From Candidatus Marinacidobacterium sp. (GTDB lineage Bacteria; Acidobacteriota; Vicinamibacteria; Marinacidobacterales; Marinacidobacteraceae), in the NCBI GenBank assembly GCA_965204755.1, contig OZ242011.1, forward strand, positions 512,001-576,000: 64,000 bases of DNA, read 5' to 3'. Below the pieces are notes generated by a model, which did no database searches, was not told the origin of the DNA, and saw nothing but the letters and a program-made list of their open reading frames with translations. The position numbers and the translations under genes were made by a program. Every line of letters starts with the position of its first letter. The first letter of the stretch is position 1. Shown here one piece after another: positions 1 through 15,000 of this stretch.

Positions 1-3000
1 CGGCTCCCCGACTGGTCGGGGGCGTTCCCCCGGTCGTCCTCGATCGTCCCGCCCAGCGGCGAAACGCCGAGCGCCAGCCCGTCGGTGTCCGCGTCCGCGG
101 ACTGCACCACATAGGCGAACGAGAGCGTGTCCGTCCCCGAACCCGCGCGGTAGGCCGCCGACCGGGAGGTCGTCCCGACGAAGAACGACAGCGAGGCCGC
201 CCCGGTAACCGTCACCGGCTCGGAGAACTCCGCGGCAACCGAGATCACATTCCCGGCGATGAACGCGCCGCTCGCGCCTTCGCCGGTCCCGGAGAAGGTG
301 AAGGTGTCCGCCGTCGGCGCCGGGTCGGTCCCGTCCCCGTCCACCTTCGACGCGCTCTCGTTCGCGATCTCGTAACCGGTGAGGTCGAGGTTCGCGGCCT
401 GGTTCCGGTTGTCGCGGATGGTCCCGCCGTTCAACTGCAGGGCGTTCGCCGCGATGCCGAGCCCGTCCGCGTCCTCGTCGGCCGTCACCACCGTGTAACG
501 GAACAACTGGCGGCTCGCGTCCGACCCGGCGGCGGCCCAGGCCGCCTGGCGGGTTCCGCTGGTCAGGCCGAGCGCCACCTGCGGCCGGCCGGACACCCTC
601 ACCGGCTTGTGGAACCGCACTTCCACTTCGATCACATCGCCGGCGATGAAGGTATCGGGGCCGCCGCGCCTCCGCCCCGAAACCGACATCCCGGTTACGA
701 ACGGCGCCCGCGCGTCCTCGCCGTCGCCGTCCACCGCGTACCGCTCCACCTCGGAGAAGTCCACGGCGCCGAGACCCAGCACCGCCGCGTTGCTCGCGCC
801 GTCCGCGATCGTCCCGCCGTTCAGCCCGAGCGCCGAAGCGCCCACCCGGACGCCGGCCGGGGCGTCGTCCACCGCCTGCACGAGGTAGCGGAAGGACACC
901 ACCTCGCCGCCCGCGCCGGCCACCGCGATCCGCTCGGCGTAGCGCGTCCGGACCCCCACCGTCAGCGCGAGGCGCGGCGTCCCGCCGGTGGTCGTAACCG
1001 TTACCGGCTCGTCGAAGTGCAGGTCCACCCGAATCGGGTCGCCTTCGATGAACGCCCCGCCGTCGCCGTTCCCGGAAGCCGCGAGCGCCGCCCGGACCAC
1101 CCGCGGGACGCGGACATCGGTCCCGCTGCCGGTTACCACCGCGTCGCCGTTGCTGATCACATGCGTCCCGAGGGCCAGCGCGGCGTCGTTCCCCGCCCGG
1201 TCCTCGATCGTCCCGCCGTTCAGCGCGAGCGCCGAAGCCCCGACGCTGACCCCGTTCGCGTCGGTGTCCGCGGTAACCACGGTGTAGCGGAACTCCAGCG
1301 CCGTCGTCCCGCTGCCGGAGGCGTAGGCGGCCTGGCGGGCGCTCGACCCGACGGTGATCTCCACCTGCGGCGCCCCGGTTACCACCACCGCTTCGTCGAA
1401 CTCCACGGTTACCACCAGGTCGTCGCCGGCGATGAAGACGCCGCTCGCGCCCTGCGCGCTGCCGGAAACCGTTACCCCGGCCACCGTCGGCGCCCGGACA
1501 TCGGCCCCGTCCCCGTCCACCACGACTTCGCCGTCGGAGATCTCATGCCCGGAGAGGCTCAGCCGGGCGTTGTTGTTCCCCCGGTCGCGGATCGTCCCGC
1601 CGTTCGTCCGGAGCGCGTTCGTCCCGATGCTCAGCCCGTTCGAGTCGTCGTCGCCGGTAACCACGGCATAGCGGAACTCGTGCTCCGTCCGGCGGCCGGC
1701 CGCGCTGACCCAGTCGGCGTAGCGCGTCCCGGTGGCCAGGGTGAGCGCCACCCGCGGCGACCCGGTTACCTCCACCGGCTCGGAGAAGGTGATCGTTACG
1801 CTGACTTCGTCGCCGGCGATCAGCGTCCCCGACTGGCCGCTCGGCGGCTGGCGCGGCGCGACCGTTACGCCGGCGACCGTCGGCGCCACCACATCGGCGC
1901 CGCTCCCGTCCACCTCGAAGGCGGCGTCGTCGGTTACGGCGTGCATCCCGAGCCCCAGCGCCGCGTTGTTGTTCGCGCCGTCCGTCATCGTCCCGCCGTT
2001 CAGGGCCAGCGCCCCGGCGGCGACGGAGATCCCGTTCGCGTCGGCGTCGCCGCTCGCCACGGTGTAGCGGAAAGTCAGCGAGGTCCTCCGGTTCCCCGAA
2101 ACGAAGTCCGCCTGCCGGGCCTGGTTCCCGATGGTGATCTCCACCTGCGGCGTCCCGGTAACCGTGATCGCTTCGTCGAAGTACACGGTTACCGTGAGGA
2201 CATCGTCGGCGATGAAGGTCCCGTTCGCGCCCTGCGCGGTCCCGGAGAGCAGGAGGCCGGTAACCCTCGGCGCGACCGCGTCCGCGGCGCTCCCGTTCAC
2301 CCGGAAGTCGCCGTCGTTGCTCACCGCGTGCGTTCCGAGGCCCAGCGCCGCGTCGTTGCCGGCGGCGTCGCGGATCGTCCCGCCGTTCGCGGCGAGCGCG
2401 GTCGTCCCGATGCTGAGCCCGTTGGCGTCGGTGTCCCCGCTCTGCACGGTGTAGCGGAAGACCAGCGTGTTCCCGCCGCCGGAGGAATAGACCGCCTGCC
2501 CGGCGCCGCTCCCGAGGGTGAGCGCCACCTGCGGCGAACCGGTAACCGTTACCGGCTCGCTGAACTCCACGGTTACCTCGATCCGGTCGCCGGCGATGAA
2601 GATGCCGTTCGCGCCCTGCGGCCGGCTGCCCGACAGCGCGAGGCCGGTTACCGTCGGCCGGACCGCGTCCGCCGCGGCGCCGTCCACCTCGAAGTTCGCG
2701 TCGTCGGTGATCGCGTGGTCGCCCAGGTCGAGCGCCGCGTCGTTGCTCGAGGCGTCGCGGATCCTCCCGCCGGCCCGGTCGAGGGCCGAGGTCCGGACGG
2801 AGATCCCGTTCCCGTCGGAGTCCGCGGCCACCACGGTGTAGCGGAAGACCAGCGCGGCCGTCCCGGCGCCGGAGGCGTAGGCCGCCGCGCGCGTCCTCGA
2901 CCCGACGGTGAGCCATACCCGCGGCGTCCCGGTAACCGTTACGACCTCGTCGAACTCCACGGTTACCGCGATTTCGTCGCCGGCGATGAAGACGCCGTTC

Positions 3001-6000
3001 GCGCCCTGCGCGCTGCCCGAAAGCGAGACGCCGGAGACCCGCGGCCCCCGGACATCGGCGCCGCTCCCGGCCACCCGGAAGTCGGAGGCGTCGGTTACGG
3101 CGTGGCTGCCGAGGCCGAGCGCCGCGTCGTTGTTCGCGGCGTCCCGGATCATCCCGGAGTTCAGGGTGAGCGCCGAGGCGCCGACGGAGAGGCCGTTCGC
3201 GTCGGCGTCCGCGGTTACCACGGTGTAGCGGAACACCAGCGACGCCGCGCCGCTGCCGGAGGCGTAGTCCGCCTGCTTGTCCACCGCCCCGAAGGTCAGC
3301 GCCAACTGCGGGGTCCCGGTAACGGTTACCGGCTCGCTGAAGCCGACGGTTACCTCGATCACATCGTCGGCGATGAAGGTCCCGTTCTCGCCCTGCCCGG
3401 TCCCCGCCAGCGAGACCCCGGTAACCGTCGGCGCGACCATGTCCGAGGCGGCGCCGTTCACCGTGAAGCCGCTCCGGTCGCCGAGCGCGTGGGCTCCCAG
3501 GTCGAGCGTGGCGGTGTTGCCCGCCGCGTCCTCGACGGTCCCGCCGTTCAGCGCGAGCGCCGAAGCGCCGACGCTGACCCCGTTGGAGTCCGTGTCCGCG
3601 GTAACCACGGTGTAGCGGAACAGCAGCGAAGCCGTCCCGCTGCCGGAGACATACCCCGCCTGCCGGGCGTTCGCGCCGACGGTGATCTCCACCTGCGGGG
3701 TCCCGGTAACCGTTACCGGCTCGCTGAACTCGACGGTGACTTCGATCTCGTCGTCGGCGATGAACAGGCTGGCCCCGCCCTGCGGGGCGCCGGAGAGCGT
3801 TACGCCGGTTACCGTCGGCGGGATGGCGTCGGCGGCGCTCCCGTCCACCACCGCGTCGCCGTCGGTGATCGCGTGGTCGCCGAGGCCGAGGTTCGCCGGG
3901 TTGTTCGACCCGTCGCGGATCGCGCCGCCGCCCGTCGCGAGCGCCGACGACCCGACGCCGATCCCGTTGGAATCGCGGTCCGCGCGGACCACGGTGTAGC
4001 GGAACACCAGCGAAGCCGTCCCGCTGCCGGAGGCGTAGTCCGCCCGCCGCAGGCTCGGCCCGACATCGAGCCATACCCGCGGCGTCCCGGTAACCGTTAC
4101 CGCTTCGTCGAACTCCACGGTTACCTCGAGGACATCGTCGGCGATGAAGACGCCGTTCTCGCCGCGGGCTTCCCCGGAGACGGTTACCCCGGTAACGCTC
4201 GGGCGCCGGACATCGGGGCCGCTCCCGTTCACCCGGAAGCCGGAGGCGTCGGTTACGGCGTGGCTGCCGAGGCCGAGCGACGCGTCGTTGCTCGCGCCGT
4301 CCCGGATCATCCCGGAGTTGAGCGCGAGCGCCGAGGCGCCGACGGAGAGGCCGTTCGCGTCGGCATCCGCCGTTACCACGGTGTAGCGGAACACCAGCGA
4401 AGCGGTCCCGCTGCCGGAGGCGTAGTCCGCCTGCTTCTCCACCGCCCCGAAGGTCAGCGCCAACTGCGGGGTCCCGGTAACGGTCACCGGTTCGCTGAAA
4501 GTCACGGTCGCTTCGATCACATCGTCGGCGATGAAGGTCCCGCTCGCGCCCTGGCCGCTCCCCGAGAGCGAGACCCCGGCCACCGTCGGGGCGACCATGT
4601 CCGTGGCCGCGCCGTTCACCGTGAAGCCGCTCTGGTCGCCGAGTGCGCGGGTTCCGAGGTCGAGCGTCGCGGCGTTGCCGACCAGGTCGCGGATGGTCCC
4701 GCCGTTCAGCCCGAGCGCCGAGGCCCCGACGGCGATGCCGTTCGAGTCGGTGTCCCCGGAGACGACGGTGTAGTGGAAGACCAACTCCGTCGTCCCGCTG
4801 CCGGAGGCGTAGTCCGCCTGCCGGATGTTCGCGCCGACGGTGAGCGCCAACTGCGGCGTCCCGACGACCGTTACCGGCTCGCTGAACTCCACGGTGGCGG
4901 CGATCTCGTCGCCGGCGATGAAGATCGCGCTCCCGCCCTGCGGGGCGCCGGAGAGGGTCACCCCGGTAACCGTCGGCGGGATGGCGTCGGAGGCGCTCCC
5001 GTCCACCGGCGCGCCGCTCTCGGTGAACGCGTGGTCGCCGATGCCCAGGTTCGCCGGGTTGTTCGACCCGTCGCGGATCGCCCCGCCGTTCAGGAAGAGC
5101 GCCGAGCCGGAGACGCCGATCCCGTTGGAGTCCCGGTCCCCGCTGACCACGGTGTAGCGGAACACCAGCGAAGCGGTCCCGCTGCCGGAGGCGTAGTCGG
5201 CCCGGCGGGTGTTCACGCCGACGGTGAGCCGCAGCGCCGGCGTCCCGGTAACCGTTACCTCCTCGTCGAACTCCACGGTCGCTTCGAGGACATCGCCGGC
5301 GATGAAGAGGCCGCTCGCGCCGCGCGCGGTCCCGCCGACCGTTACGCCGGCGACCTCCGGGCGGCGGACATCGGCGCCGCCCCCGTTCACCCGGAAGTCG
5401 GCGGCGTCGCCGAGGGCGTGGGTCCCGAGGCCGAGCGAGGCGGCGTTGTTCGCGGCGTCGCGGATCGTCCCGCCGTTCAGCCCGAGCGCCGAAGCGGCGA
5501 CGGCGACCCCGTCGGCGTCGGTGTCCCCGGCGACGACGGCGTAGCGGAAGACCAACTCCGTCGTCCCGCTGCCGGAGGCGTAGTCGGCCTGGCGGGGGGT
5601 GCTGCCGATGGTCAGTTCCACCTGCGGGGTCCCCATGACCGAAGCCGCCTCGTTGAAGGAGACGGTTACCGAGATCGCGTCGCCGGCGATGAACCTCCCG
5701 TCCTGGCCCTGCCCGACCCCGGAGAGCGAGACGCCGGTAACGAAGGGCCCGATCGCGTCGGCGGCGGCGCCGTTCACCGTGAACCCCGAGGCGTCGCTCA
5801 CCGCGTGGGTTCCCAGGCCGCGCGCGGCGTTGTTGCCGGCGGCGTCGCGGATCGTCCCGCCGTTCAGCGTCAGCGCCGAAGCGCCGACGGAGATTCCGTT
5901 CGCGTCGGTGTCCCCGGCGGCCACGGTGTAGCGGAACACCAGCGAGGAGGTCCCGCTGCCGGAGGCGTAGTCCGCCTGCTTCGGCGCCGCGCCGACGGTG

Positions 6001-9000
6001 AACTCCAACTGCGGCGTCCCGACGACGGTTACCGGCTCGCTGAACTCCACGGTCGCGGTGATCTCGTCGCCGGCGCGGAAGACGCCGAACGCGCCCTGCG
6101 CCCGGCCGGACAGCGTTACCCCGGTAACGGTCGGCGCGACCCCGTCCGCCGCCGACCCGTTCACCTCGAAGTCGGCGTCGTCGGTGATCGCGTGGTCGCC
6201 GAGGCCGAGCGCCGCGTTGTTGGCCGCGTCGTCGCGGATCGTCCCGCCGTTCAGGTCGAGCGAGGAGACGCCGATCCCGTTCGGGTCGCGGTCCCCCCGC
6301 GCCACGGCGTAGCGGAAGACCAGGGAGGCCGTCCCGCTGCCGGACACATAGGACGCGTAGCGGGTCGCCGAGCCGATCCGCAGCGCCGCCCGCGGCGTTT
6401 CGGTAACCGTAACCACCTCGTCGAACTCGACCGTTACCTCGATCTCGTCGCCGGCGATGAAGACGCCGCTCGCGCCCTGGGCGCTGCCGGAGAGTGACAC
6501 CCCGGCGACCGCCGGCGCGCGGCCGTCCCCGGCGGCGCCGTCCACCGTGAAGTCGGCGGCGTCAGTGATCGCGTGCGTCCCGAGGCCGAGCGCGGCGTCG
6601 TTGTTCGCCGCGTCCTTGATCGTCCCGGAGTTCAGCGTCAGCGCCGCAGCGCCGACCGAGATCCCGTTCGCGTCGGCGTCCGCCGCAACGACGGTGTAGC
6701 GGAACAGCAGCGAAGCCGTCCCGCTGCCGGAGACATACGCCGCCGGCTTCGTCGGCGGCGTCCCGATGGTCAGGGCGACCTGCGGGGCGCCGGTAACGGT
6801 TACCGGCTCGTCGAACTCCACGGTTACTTCGAGGACATCGTCGACGATGAAGGTCCCGCCCGCGCCCTGCGCGCTCCCGGAGAGCGTTACCCCGGCGACC
6901 GCCGGCGACCGGCCGTCCGCGGCGCCGCCGTTCACCGTGAAGTCGGCGGCGTCGCTGATCGCGTGGGTCCCGAGGCCGAGCGAGGCGGCGTTGCCGGCGT
7001 CGTCGTCGATCCCCCCGCCGTTCAGCGCGAGCGCCGAGGCGCCGACGGCGATCCCGTTCGAGTCGGCGTCCGCGGCCACCACGGTGTAGCGGAACACCAG
7101 CGAGGCCGTCCCGCTGCCGGAGACATACCCCGCCTGCTTCGGCCCCGTCCCGACGGTCAGGGCGACCTGCGGGGTTCCGGTAACCCGCACCGGCTCGCTG
7201 AAGTCCACGGTTACCGAAATGGCGTCCCCGGCGATGAAGACGCCGCTCGCGCCCTGCGCGCTGCCCGAGAGCGTTACCCCGACAACCGTCGGCGCGACCG
7301 CGTCCGCCGCCGACCCGTTCACCTCGAACGCGGCGGCGTCGGTGATCACATGGTCACCGAGGCCGAGCGCCGCCGCATTGGTCGCGGCGTCCGCGATCCC
7401 CCCGCCGTTCAGGTCGAGCGCCGAGGCGCCGACGGAGATCCCGTTGGAGTCGCGGTCCCCGGCGGCCACGGCGTAGCGGAACGAAAGCGAGGTCGTCCCG
7501 CTGCCGGAGACATAGCCCGCGTACCGGACGGCGTTCCCGATCGTCAGCGCCGCGCGCGGCGTCCCGCTGACGGTTACCTCTTCGTCGAACTCCACGGTTA
7601 GCGTGATGGCGTCGCCGGCGATGAAGACGCCGTTCGCGCCCTGCCCGCTCCCGGAGAGCGACGCCCCGGCAACCCTCGGCGCGACCCGGTCCGGCGCCGA
7701 CCCGTTCACCGCGAACCCGGCGGCGTTGACCACCGCCGTCCCCAGGGAGAGCGCCGCGTTGTTCGTGCCGTCCGTGATCGCCCCGCCGTTCAGCCCCAGC
7801 GCCGAGGCGCCGATGCTGATCCCGTCGGCGTCGGCGTCGGCGCTCACCACGGCGTAGCGGAAGACCAGCGAAGTCGTCCCGCTGCCGGAGACATAGTCCG
7901 CGAGCCGGTTGTTCGCGCCGATGTAGAGGGTCACCTGCGGCATCCCGGTAACCGTCACTTCCTCGTCGAAGTCCACGGTTACCTTGATCTCGTCGCCGGC
8001 GATGAAGACGCCGCCCGCGCCCTGCGCCGAGCCGGAGAGCGCCTTCCCGGTTACCGCCGGGGCGCGGCCGTCGGCGGCCGACCCGTTCACCGTGAAGGCG
8101 CTGTCGTCGGCGAGGGCGTGGGTCCCGAGGCCGAGCGCCGCGTCGTTGGAGGCGGCGTCGCGGATCGTCCCGTTGTTCAGCCCGAGCGCCGAAGCGGCGA
8201 CGGCGATCCCGTTCGCGTCCGTGTCCGCGGCCGCCACGGTGTAGCGGAACACCAGCGAGGTCGTCCCGCTGCCGGAGACATACCCCGCCTGCCGGGCGTT
8301 CGCGCCGATGGTCAACTCCACCTGCGGCATCCCGGTAACCGTTACGGTCTCGCTGAAGTCCACCGTAACGGTGATCTCGTCGCCGGCGATGAAGACGCCG
8401 CCCGCGCCCTGCGCGCTGCCCGAGAGCGCCGCCCCGGTTACGGTCGGCGCGATGGCGTCCGTCGCGCTCCCGTCCACCACCGCATCGCCGTCGGTGACGG
8501 CGTGGTCGCCGAGGCCGAGCGCCGCGTCGTTGCCCCGGGCGTCGCGGATGGTCCCGCCGTTCAGCGAGAGCGCCGAAGGCCCGACGCTCAGCCCGTCGGA
8601 GTCGGAGTCCGCCGCGACGACGGTGTAGCGGAAGACCAGCGAGGTGGTCCCGCTGCCGGAGGCGTAGTCCGCGTACCGGACCGCGCTCCCGATGGTGAGC
8701 GCCACCCGCGGCGTCCCGCCGACCGTCGCCGCGTCGTCGAACTCGAGGGTTACCACGATCGTGTCGCCGGCGATGAAGGTTCCCATGGCGCCGCGCGCTT
8801 CCCCCGAGACCGTTACCCCGGAGACCCGCGGGCCGGTGACATCGGATCCGCTCCCGGCCACCGCGAAGCCGGCGGCGTCGCTGACCACATGGCTGCCGAG
8901 GCTGAGCGCCGCGTTGTTGTTCCCGGCGTCCCGGATCGTCCCGGAGTTCAGCCCCAGGGCCGACGGCCCGATGCTCAGCCCGTTCGGGTCGGCGTCCCCG

Positions 9001-12000
9001 GAGACCACCGTGTAGCGGAAGAGGAGCGAAGCCGTCCCGCTGCCGGAGACATACTCCGCATGTTTCGTCGCCGTCCCGATGGTCAGCGCGACCCGCGGCG
9101 CCCCGGCAACCGTTACCGGCTCGCTGAAGGCGACGGTTACCTCGATGGCGTCGCCGGCGATGAAGGCCCCGTCCGCGCCCTGCGCGCCCGGCGCCGGGGC
9201 GGAGAGGGTGAGCCCGGTAACCGTCGGGACGACCGCATCCGCCCGCGCCGGCTGCACGAACCAGGAGCCGGAGGCGACCGCGTGGGTCCCGAGGCCGAGC
9301 GCGGCGTTGTTGCCCGCGCCGTCCGCGATCGTCCCGCCGTTCAGCGCGAGCGCCGAAGCGCCGATGACCAGACTCCCGTTCGGGTCCGCGGCGACCACGG
9401 TATAGCGGAACTCCAGCGAAGTCCCGCCGCTGCCCGAGACATACCCGGCCTGCCGGGTCATGGTCCCGATGGTGAGCGCCACCTGCGGGGTCCCGCCCGT
9501 CGTCGTAACCGTTACCGGCTCGCTGAACGCGACGGTAACGATGATCTCGTCGCCGGCGATGAAGGTGGGCGTCCCGGCGAAGACGCCCTGCGCGACCTCC
9601 GCGATGGCGAGGCCGGTAACCGTCGGCGAGGCCGTGTCCGACGCCGACCCGGCCACCGTGAAGGCGCCGTCGTCGCTGACGGCGTGGCTTCCCAGGCCGA
9701 GCGCCGCGGCGTTCCCCGCGGCGTCCCGGATCGCCGCCCCTCCGGTCAGCGTCAGCGCCGAGGCGCCGACGGCCACCCCGTTCGGGTCGGCGTCCCCGGT
9801 TACCACGGCGTAGCGGAAGAGCAGCGTGGTCGTCTCGCTGCCGGAGACATACCCCGCCTGCCGGAGGTTCGGGCCGACGGTGAGCGCCAGCCGCGGCGTC
9901 CCGGTAACGGTTACCGGTTCGCTGAACTCGACCGCCGCGGTGATTTCGTCCCCGGCGATGTAGGCGCCGGCGGTCCCCTGCGGCGAGCCGGCGACCAGCC
10001 GGACGCCGGCGACCCTCGGCGCGACCACATCCGAGCCGCCCCCGGCCACCCGGAAGCCGGAGGCGTCGGTGATGGCGTGGGTTCCGAGGTCCAGCGCCGC
10101 ATTGTTGTTCGCGGCGTCCTCGATCGTCCCGGAGTTCAGCGTGAGCGCCCCGGCGCCGACGGAGATCCCGTTCCCGTCGGTGTCCCCGGAGACGACGGTG
10201 TAGCGGAATACCAGCGAAGTCGTCCCGCTGCCGGAGACATACCCCGCCTGGCGGGTGTCCGCGCCGATGGTCAGCGCCACCTGCGGCTCGCCGGTAACCG
10301 TCGCCGCCTCGCCGAACTCGACGGTAACCGTGATCTCGTCGCCGGCGATGAAGACGCCGCCGGCGCCCTGCCCGGTCCCCGAGAGCGAAACCCCGGTGAC
10401 CGACGGCCCGACCCCGTCCGTCGCCGCCCCGTTCACCGTGAAGCCGCTCTGGTTCCCCAGGACATGGGTCCCGAGGCCCAGCATCGCGGCGTTGCCGTTG
10501 GTATCCGCGATCGTCCCGGAGTTCAGGGTCAGCGCCCCGGCGGCGACGGAGACCCCGTTCGCGTCGGTGTCCGCGGCCACCACGGTGTAGCGGAACGCCA
10601 GCGAAGTCGTCCCGCTGCCGGAGGCGTACGCCGCCTGCCGGATGTTCGCGCCCACGGTGAGCGCCAACTGCGGCGCCCCGGTAACCGTTACCGACTCGCT
10701 GAAGGTGACCGTCGCCTCGATCACATCCCCGGCGATATAGACGCCGCTCGCGCCCTGCGGCCCCGGCGGCGGGCCGGCCAGCGCGAGGCCGGTCACCGTC
10801 GGCGGGATGGCGTCGGCGGCGGTCCCGTCCACCACCGCCTCCCCGTCGGTGATCGCGTGGACGCCGAGGCCCAGCGAGGCGTCGTTGGCGGCGGCGTCGC
10901 GGATCGTCCCGCCGTTCAGCGAGAGCGCCGACGGGCCCACGCTCACCCCGTCGGCGTCGGCGTCCGCCGCGACCACCGGGTAGCGGAACACCGGCGAAGC
11001 CGTCCCGCTGCCGGAGGCGTACGCGGCGTACCGGGTGGTCGTCCCGACGACGAGCGCCACCCGCGGCGCCCCGGTAACCGTTACCGCCTCGTTGAAGGCC
11101 ACCGTTACCTCGATCGTGTCCCCGGCGATGAAGACGCCGCCCTGGCCGCGCGCTTCGCCGCCGACGCTCAGGCCGGTAACCGTCGGGCCGACCGCGTCGG
11201 CGGCGGCGCCGTTCACCCGGAAGCCGGGAGCGGCGGCGAGGGCGTGGGGCCCGAGGCCGAGCGGCGCGTCGTTGCTCGAAGCGTCCCGGATCGTCCCGCC
11301 GTTCAGCGAAAGCGCCGAGGCGCCGATCCCGATCCCGTCGGCGTCGGCGTCGGCGGCGGCGACGGCGTAGCGGAACACCAGCGAGGTCGTCCCGCTGCCG
11401 GAGACATACCCCGCCTGCCGGATCGCCGAGCCGACGGCGAGGGCCACCTGCGGGGTCCCGGTAACCGTCGCCGCCTCGTGGAACTCCAGGGTTACCGAGA
11501 TCCGGTCCCCGGCGGTGAAGATCCCTCTCGCGCCCTGCGGCGTCCCGGAGAGCGAGAGGCCGGTAACCGTCGGGCCGACCGCGTCGGGGCCGCTCCCGGC
11601 GACCACGAAGTCGCCGTCGTTGCTGAAGGCGTGGGCGCCGAGGCCGAGCGCCGCGGCGTTCCCCGCCCGGTCCGCGATCGCCGCGCCGTGCAGGCCGAGC
11701 GCCGAGGCCCCGACGCTGATCCCGTTCGAGTCGGCCTGCGCCGACTGCACCTCGTAGCGGAACACCAGGTCGGCGCCGCTCGATTCCGAGGCGGAATACG
11801 AGGCGAAAGTGGAGCCGCTCGCGAGGGTGATCGCGAGGGCCGGCCCCCCGGGAACGGAGGTAACGGTTACGGACTCCGAGAAACGGACCCGGATCCGGAT
11901 CACATCCGCGGCGATGAAGGCGCCGCTCGCGCCCTGCCCGATTCCCGACGCCGACACCCCGACGACCGTCGGCGCCACGGTGTCCGCGGCGCTGCCGTTC

Positions 12001-15000
12001 ACCACCGCTTCGCCGTCGGTGATCGCGTGGGAACCGAGGCCGAGCGAAGCGGCGTTCCCCGCCTCGTCGCGGATCGTCCCGTCGTTCAGCGCCAGCGCCG
12101 TCGCGCCGATGCTCAGCCCGTTCGAGTCGGTGTCGGCGGAGACCACGGCGTAGCGGAAGACCAGCGAAGCGGTCCCGCTGCCGGAGGCGTAGTCCGCCTG
12201 CCGGGTGGAGCCGCCGATGGTCAGCGCCACCCGGGGCGTCCCGGTTACCCGCACCGGCTCGTTGAAGTCCACGGTTACTTCGAGGACATCGTCGGCGATG
12301 AAGACCCCGTTCGGGCCGCGCGCCTCCCCGGAGACGGCTACCCCGGTTACCGTCGGGACGCCGGTGTCGGCGGCGCTCCCGTTCACGATGAAGCCGGCGG
12401 CGTCGGCGAGGGCGTGGTCGCCGAGGCCCAGCGAGGCGGCGTTCATGGCGGCGTCGACGATCGTCCCGCCGTTCAGCGCGAGCGCCGAGGCGCCGACGGC
12501 GACCCCGTCGGCGTCCGTATCGGCCCAGACCACGGTGTAGCGGAACACCAGGGAAGCCGTCCCGCTGCCGGAGACATACCCGGCTTGCCGGGCGGTCGTC
12601 CCGACGGTGAGGGCCACCTGCGGCGTCCCGGTAACCGTCGCCGCCTCGTGGAAGTCCACGGTTACCGAGATCCGGTCGCCGGCGGTGAAGACCCCGTTCG
12701 CGCCCATCCCGCTGCCGGAGAGCCTCACCCCGGTAACCGTCGGGCCGACGCCGTCCGAAGCGCCGCCGTTCACCGCGAAGCCGGCGGCGTTCGCCACCGC
12801 GTGGGCCCCGAGGCCCGGCGAGGCGGCGTTGTTCCCGCCGTCCACGATCGTCCCGTTGTTCAGGTCCAGCGCCGAAGCGCCGATGCCGATCCCGTCGTTG
12901 TCGAGGTCGGCGACCCGCACCGTGTAGCGGAACACCAGGTCGGCGCCGCTCGAGTCCGCCGCGGAATAACCGGCGCTGCCGCTCCCGCTCCCGACGGCGA
13001 GGACGAGGAGCGGGGTCCCGGTAACGGTTACCGGCTCCGAGAAGCGGACCCGGATCCGGATGACATCGCCGACGCGGAAGACGCCGCCCGCGCCGTTGGC
13101 GATTCCCGAGAGCGATACCCCGGTTACCGTCGGCGGGAGGGCGTCCGCGGCGCTCCCGTTGACCGCGAAGCCGGCGGCGTCGGTTACCGCGTGGGCGCCC
13201 AGGCCGAGCGCCGCGGCGTTGCCGGCGGCGTCGGCGATCCCCCCGCCGTTCAGTCCGAGCGCCGAGGCGCCGACGCTGATCCCGTCGTCGTCGCGGTCGG
13301 CGGCCCGCGCGGTGTAGCGGAACACCAGGTCCGCGCCGCTCGAGTCCGCCGCGGAGTAGCCGGCGGCGGCGCCGCCGCTGGCAAGGGTGAGCGAGAGGAG
13401 CGGGGTCCCGGTAACGGTTACCGGCTCGGAGAAGCGGACGCGGATCCGGATCACATCCCCGGCGCGGAAGACGCCGTTCGCGCCCTGCCCGGTCCCCGAG
13501 AGCGTTACCCCGGCCACCGTCGGGACGGTTACATCGGTCCCGCTCCCGGTAACGATGAAGTCGCTGTCGTTGGTAACCGCGGTTCCCAGGGAGAGCGCCG
13601 CGGCGTTGCCCGCGGCGTCCCGGATCTGCCCGCCGGCCAGCATGAGCGCTGAGGCGGCGACGCTGACCCCGTCCGCGTCGGCGTCCCCGGTTACCACGGC
13701 GTAGCGGAACACCAGCGAGGCCGTTCCGCTGCCGGAGGCGTAGGCCGCCGGGCGGTTGTTCGCGCCGATGCCGATCGTTACCTGCGGCGTCCCGATAACG
13801 GTTACCGGTTCGCTGAACTCCACGGTTACCGCGATCTCGTTCCCGGCGATGAAGACGCCGCTCGCGCCCTGCCCGGTCCCCGAGAGCGAGTAGCCGGTTA
13901 CGGTCGGGGCGAGGACATCCGAGGCGCTCCCGTTCACGATGAAGCCGCCCTGGTCGCCGAGGGCGTGGGTTCCGAGGCCGAGCAGGGCGTCGTTTTCCGC
14001 GGCGTCCTCGATCGTCCCGCCGTTCAGCGTGAGCGCGGTGGCGCCGACGCTGACCCCGTTCGCGTCGGCGTCCGCGCTCACCACGGCGTAGCGGAAGACC
14101 AGCGCGGTCGTCCCGCTGCCGGAGACATAGTCCGCCCGGCGGGCGTTCGCGCCGATGGTCAACTCCAACTGCGGGGTCCCGGTAACCGTGGCCGCTTCGT
14201 CGAACTCCACGGTCGCCTCGATCTCGTTCCCGGCGACGAAGACCCCGCTCGCGCCGTGCCCGGTCCCGGAGAGGGTCACCCCGGCCACCGCCGGCCCGAG
14301 GGCGTCGGCGGCCGCCCCGTTGACCACCGGGCCACGGACATTGGCGTGACTCAACAGGAGGATTTCAGCAGCGTTGCCGGCGGTGTCCGCCATCGTCGCG
14401 CCGTTCAGGATCAGGCCGTAGGGATAGATTCCGTCCGCGTCGGCGTCCCCGGAGACGACGGCGTAACGGAAGACCAGCGAAGTCGTCCCGCTGCCGGAGA
14501 CATACCCCGCCCGGCGGATCGTCGCGTCGACGGCGATCTGGAACTGCGGGGTCCCGGAAACCGTTACCGGCTCGTGGTACTCGACGGTTACCTCGATGTC
14601 GTCGCCGGCGATGAACGCGCCGCCCGCGCCCTGCCCCCTTCCCGACCACGAGACGCCGGTGATGCCGGGGGAGCGGACATCGGTTCCCCCCCCGTTCACT
14701 CCCCGCCCCCGAGTGGTCCGCGGGCTGGCGGTCGAGGCATCGTTGCCGCCGGCGTCCCGGATCGACGCCCCCGTCGGGTACGAGAAGGCGGGGGTGTAGA
14801 TGGTGAGGTTGGCGGCCGAGTCCGTCGCCTGCACCGTGTAACGGAAGACGAGCGTGGTCGTGCCCGAACCCGAGTGGTAGTCCATGTTGGCGAGGTTGGT
14901 GCGGAGTTGCGGCGTCCCGACGACCGTCACCGACTCGTTGAAGGTGGCCTCGAAGACGACCACCTCCCCGGCGATGAAGGACAAGTTCGCCCCCTCGCCG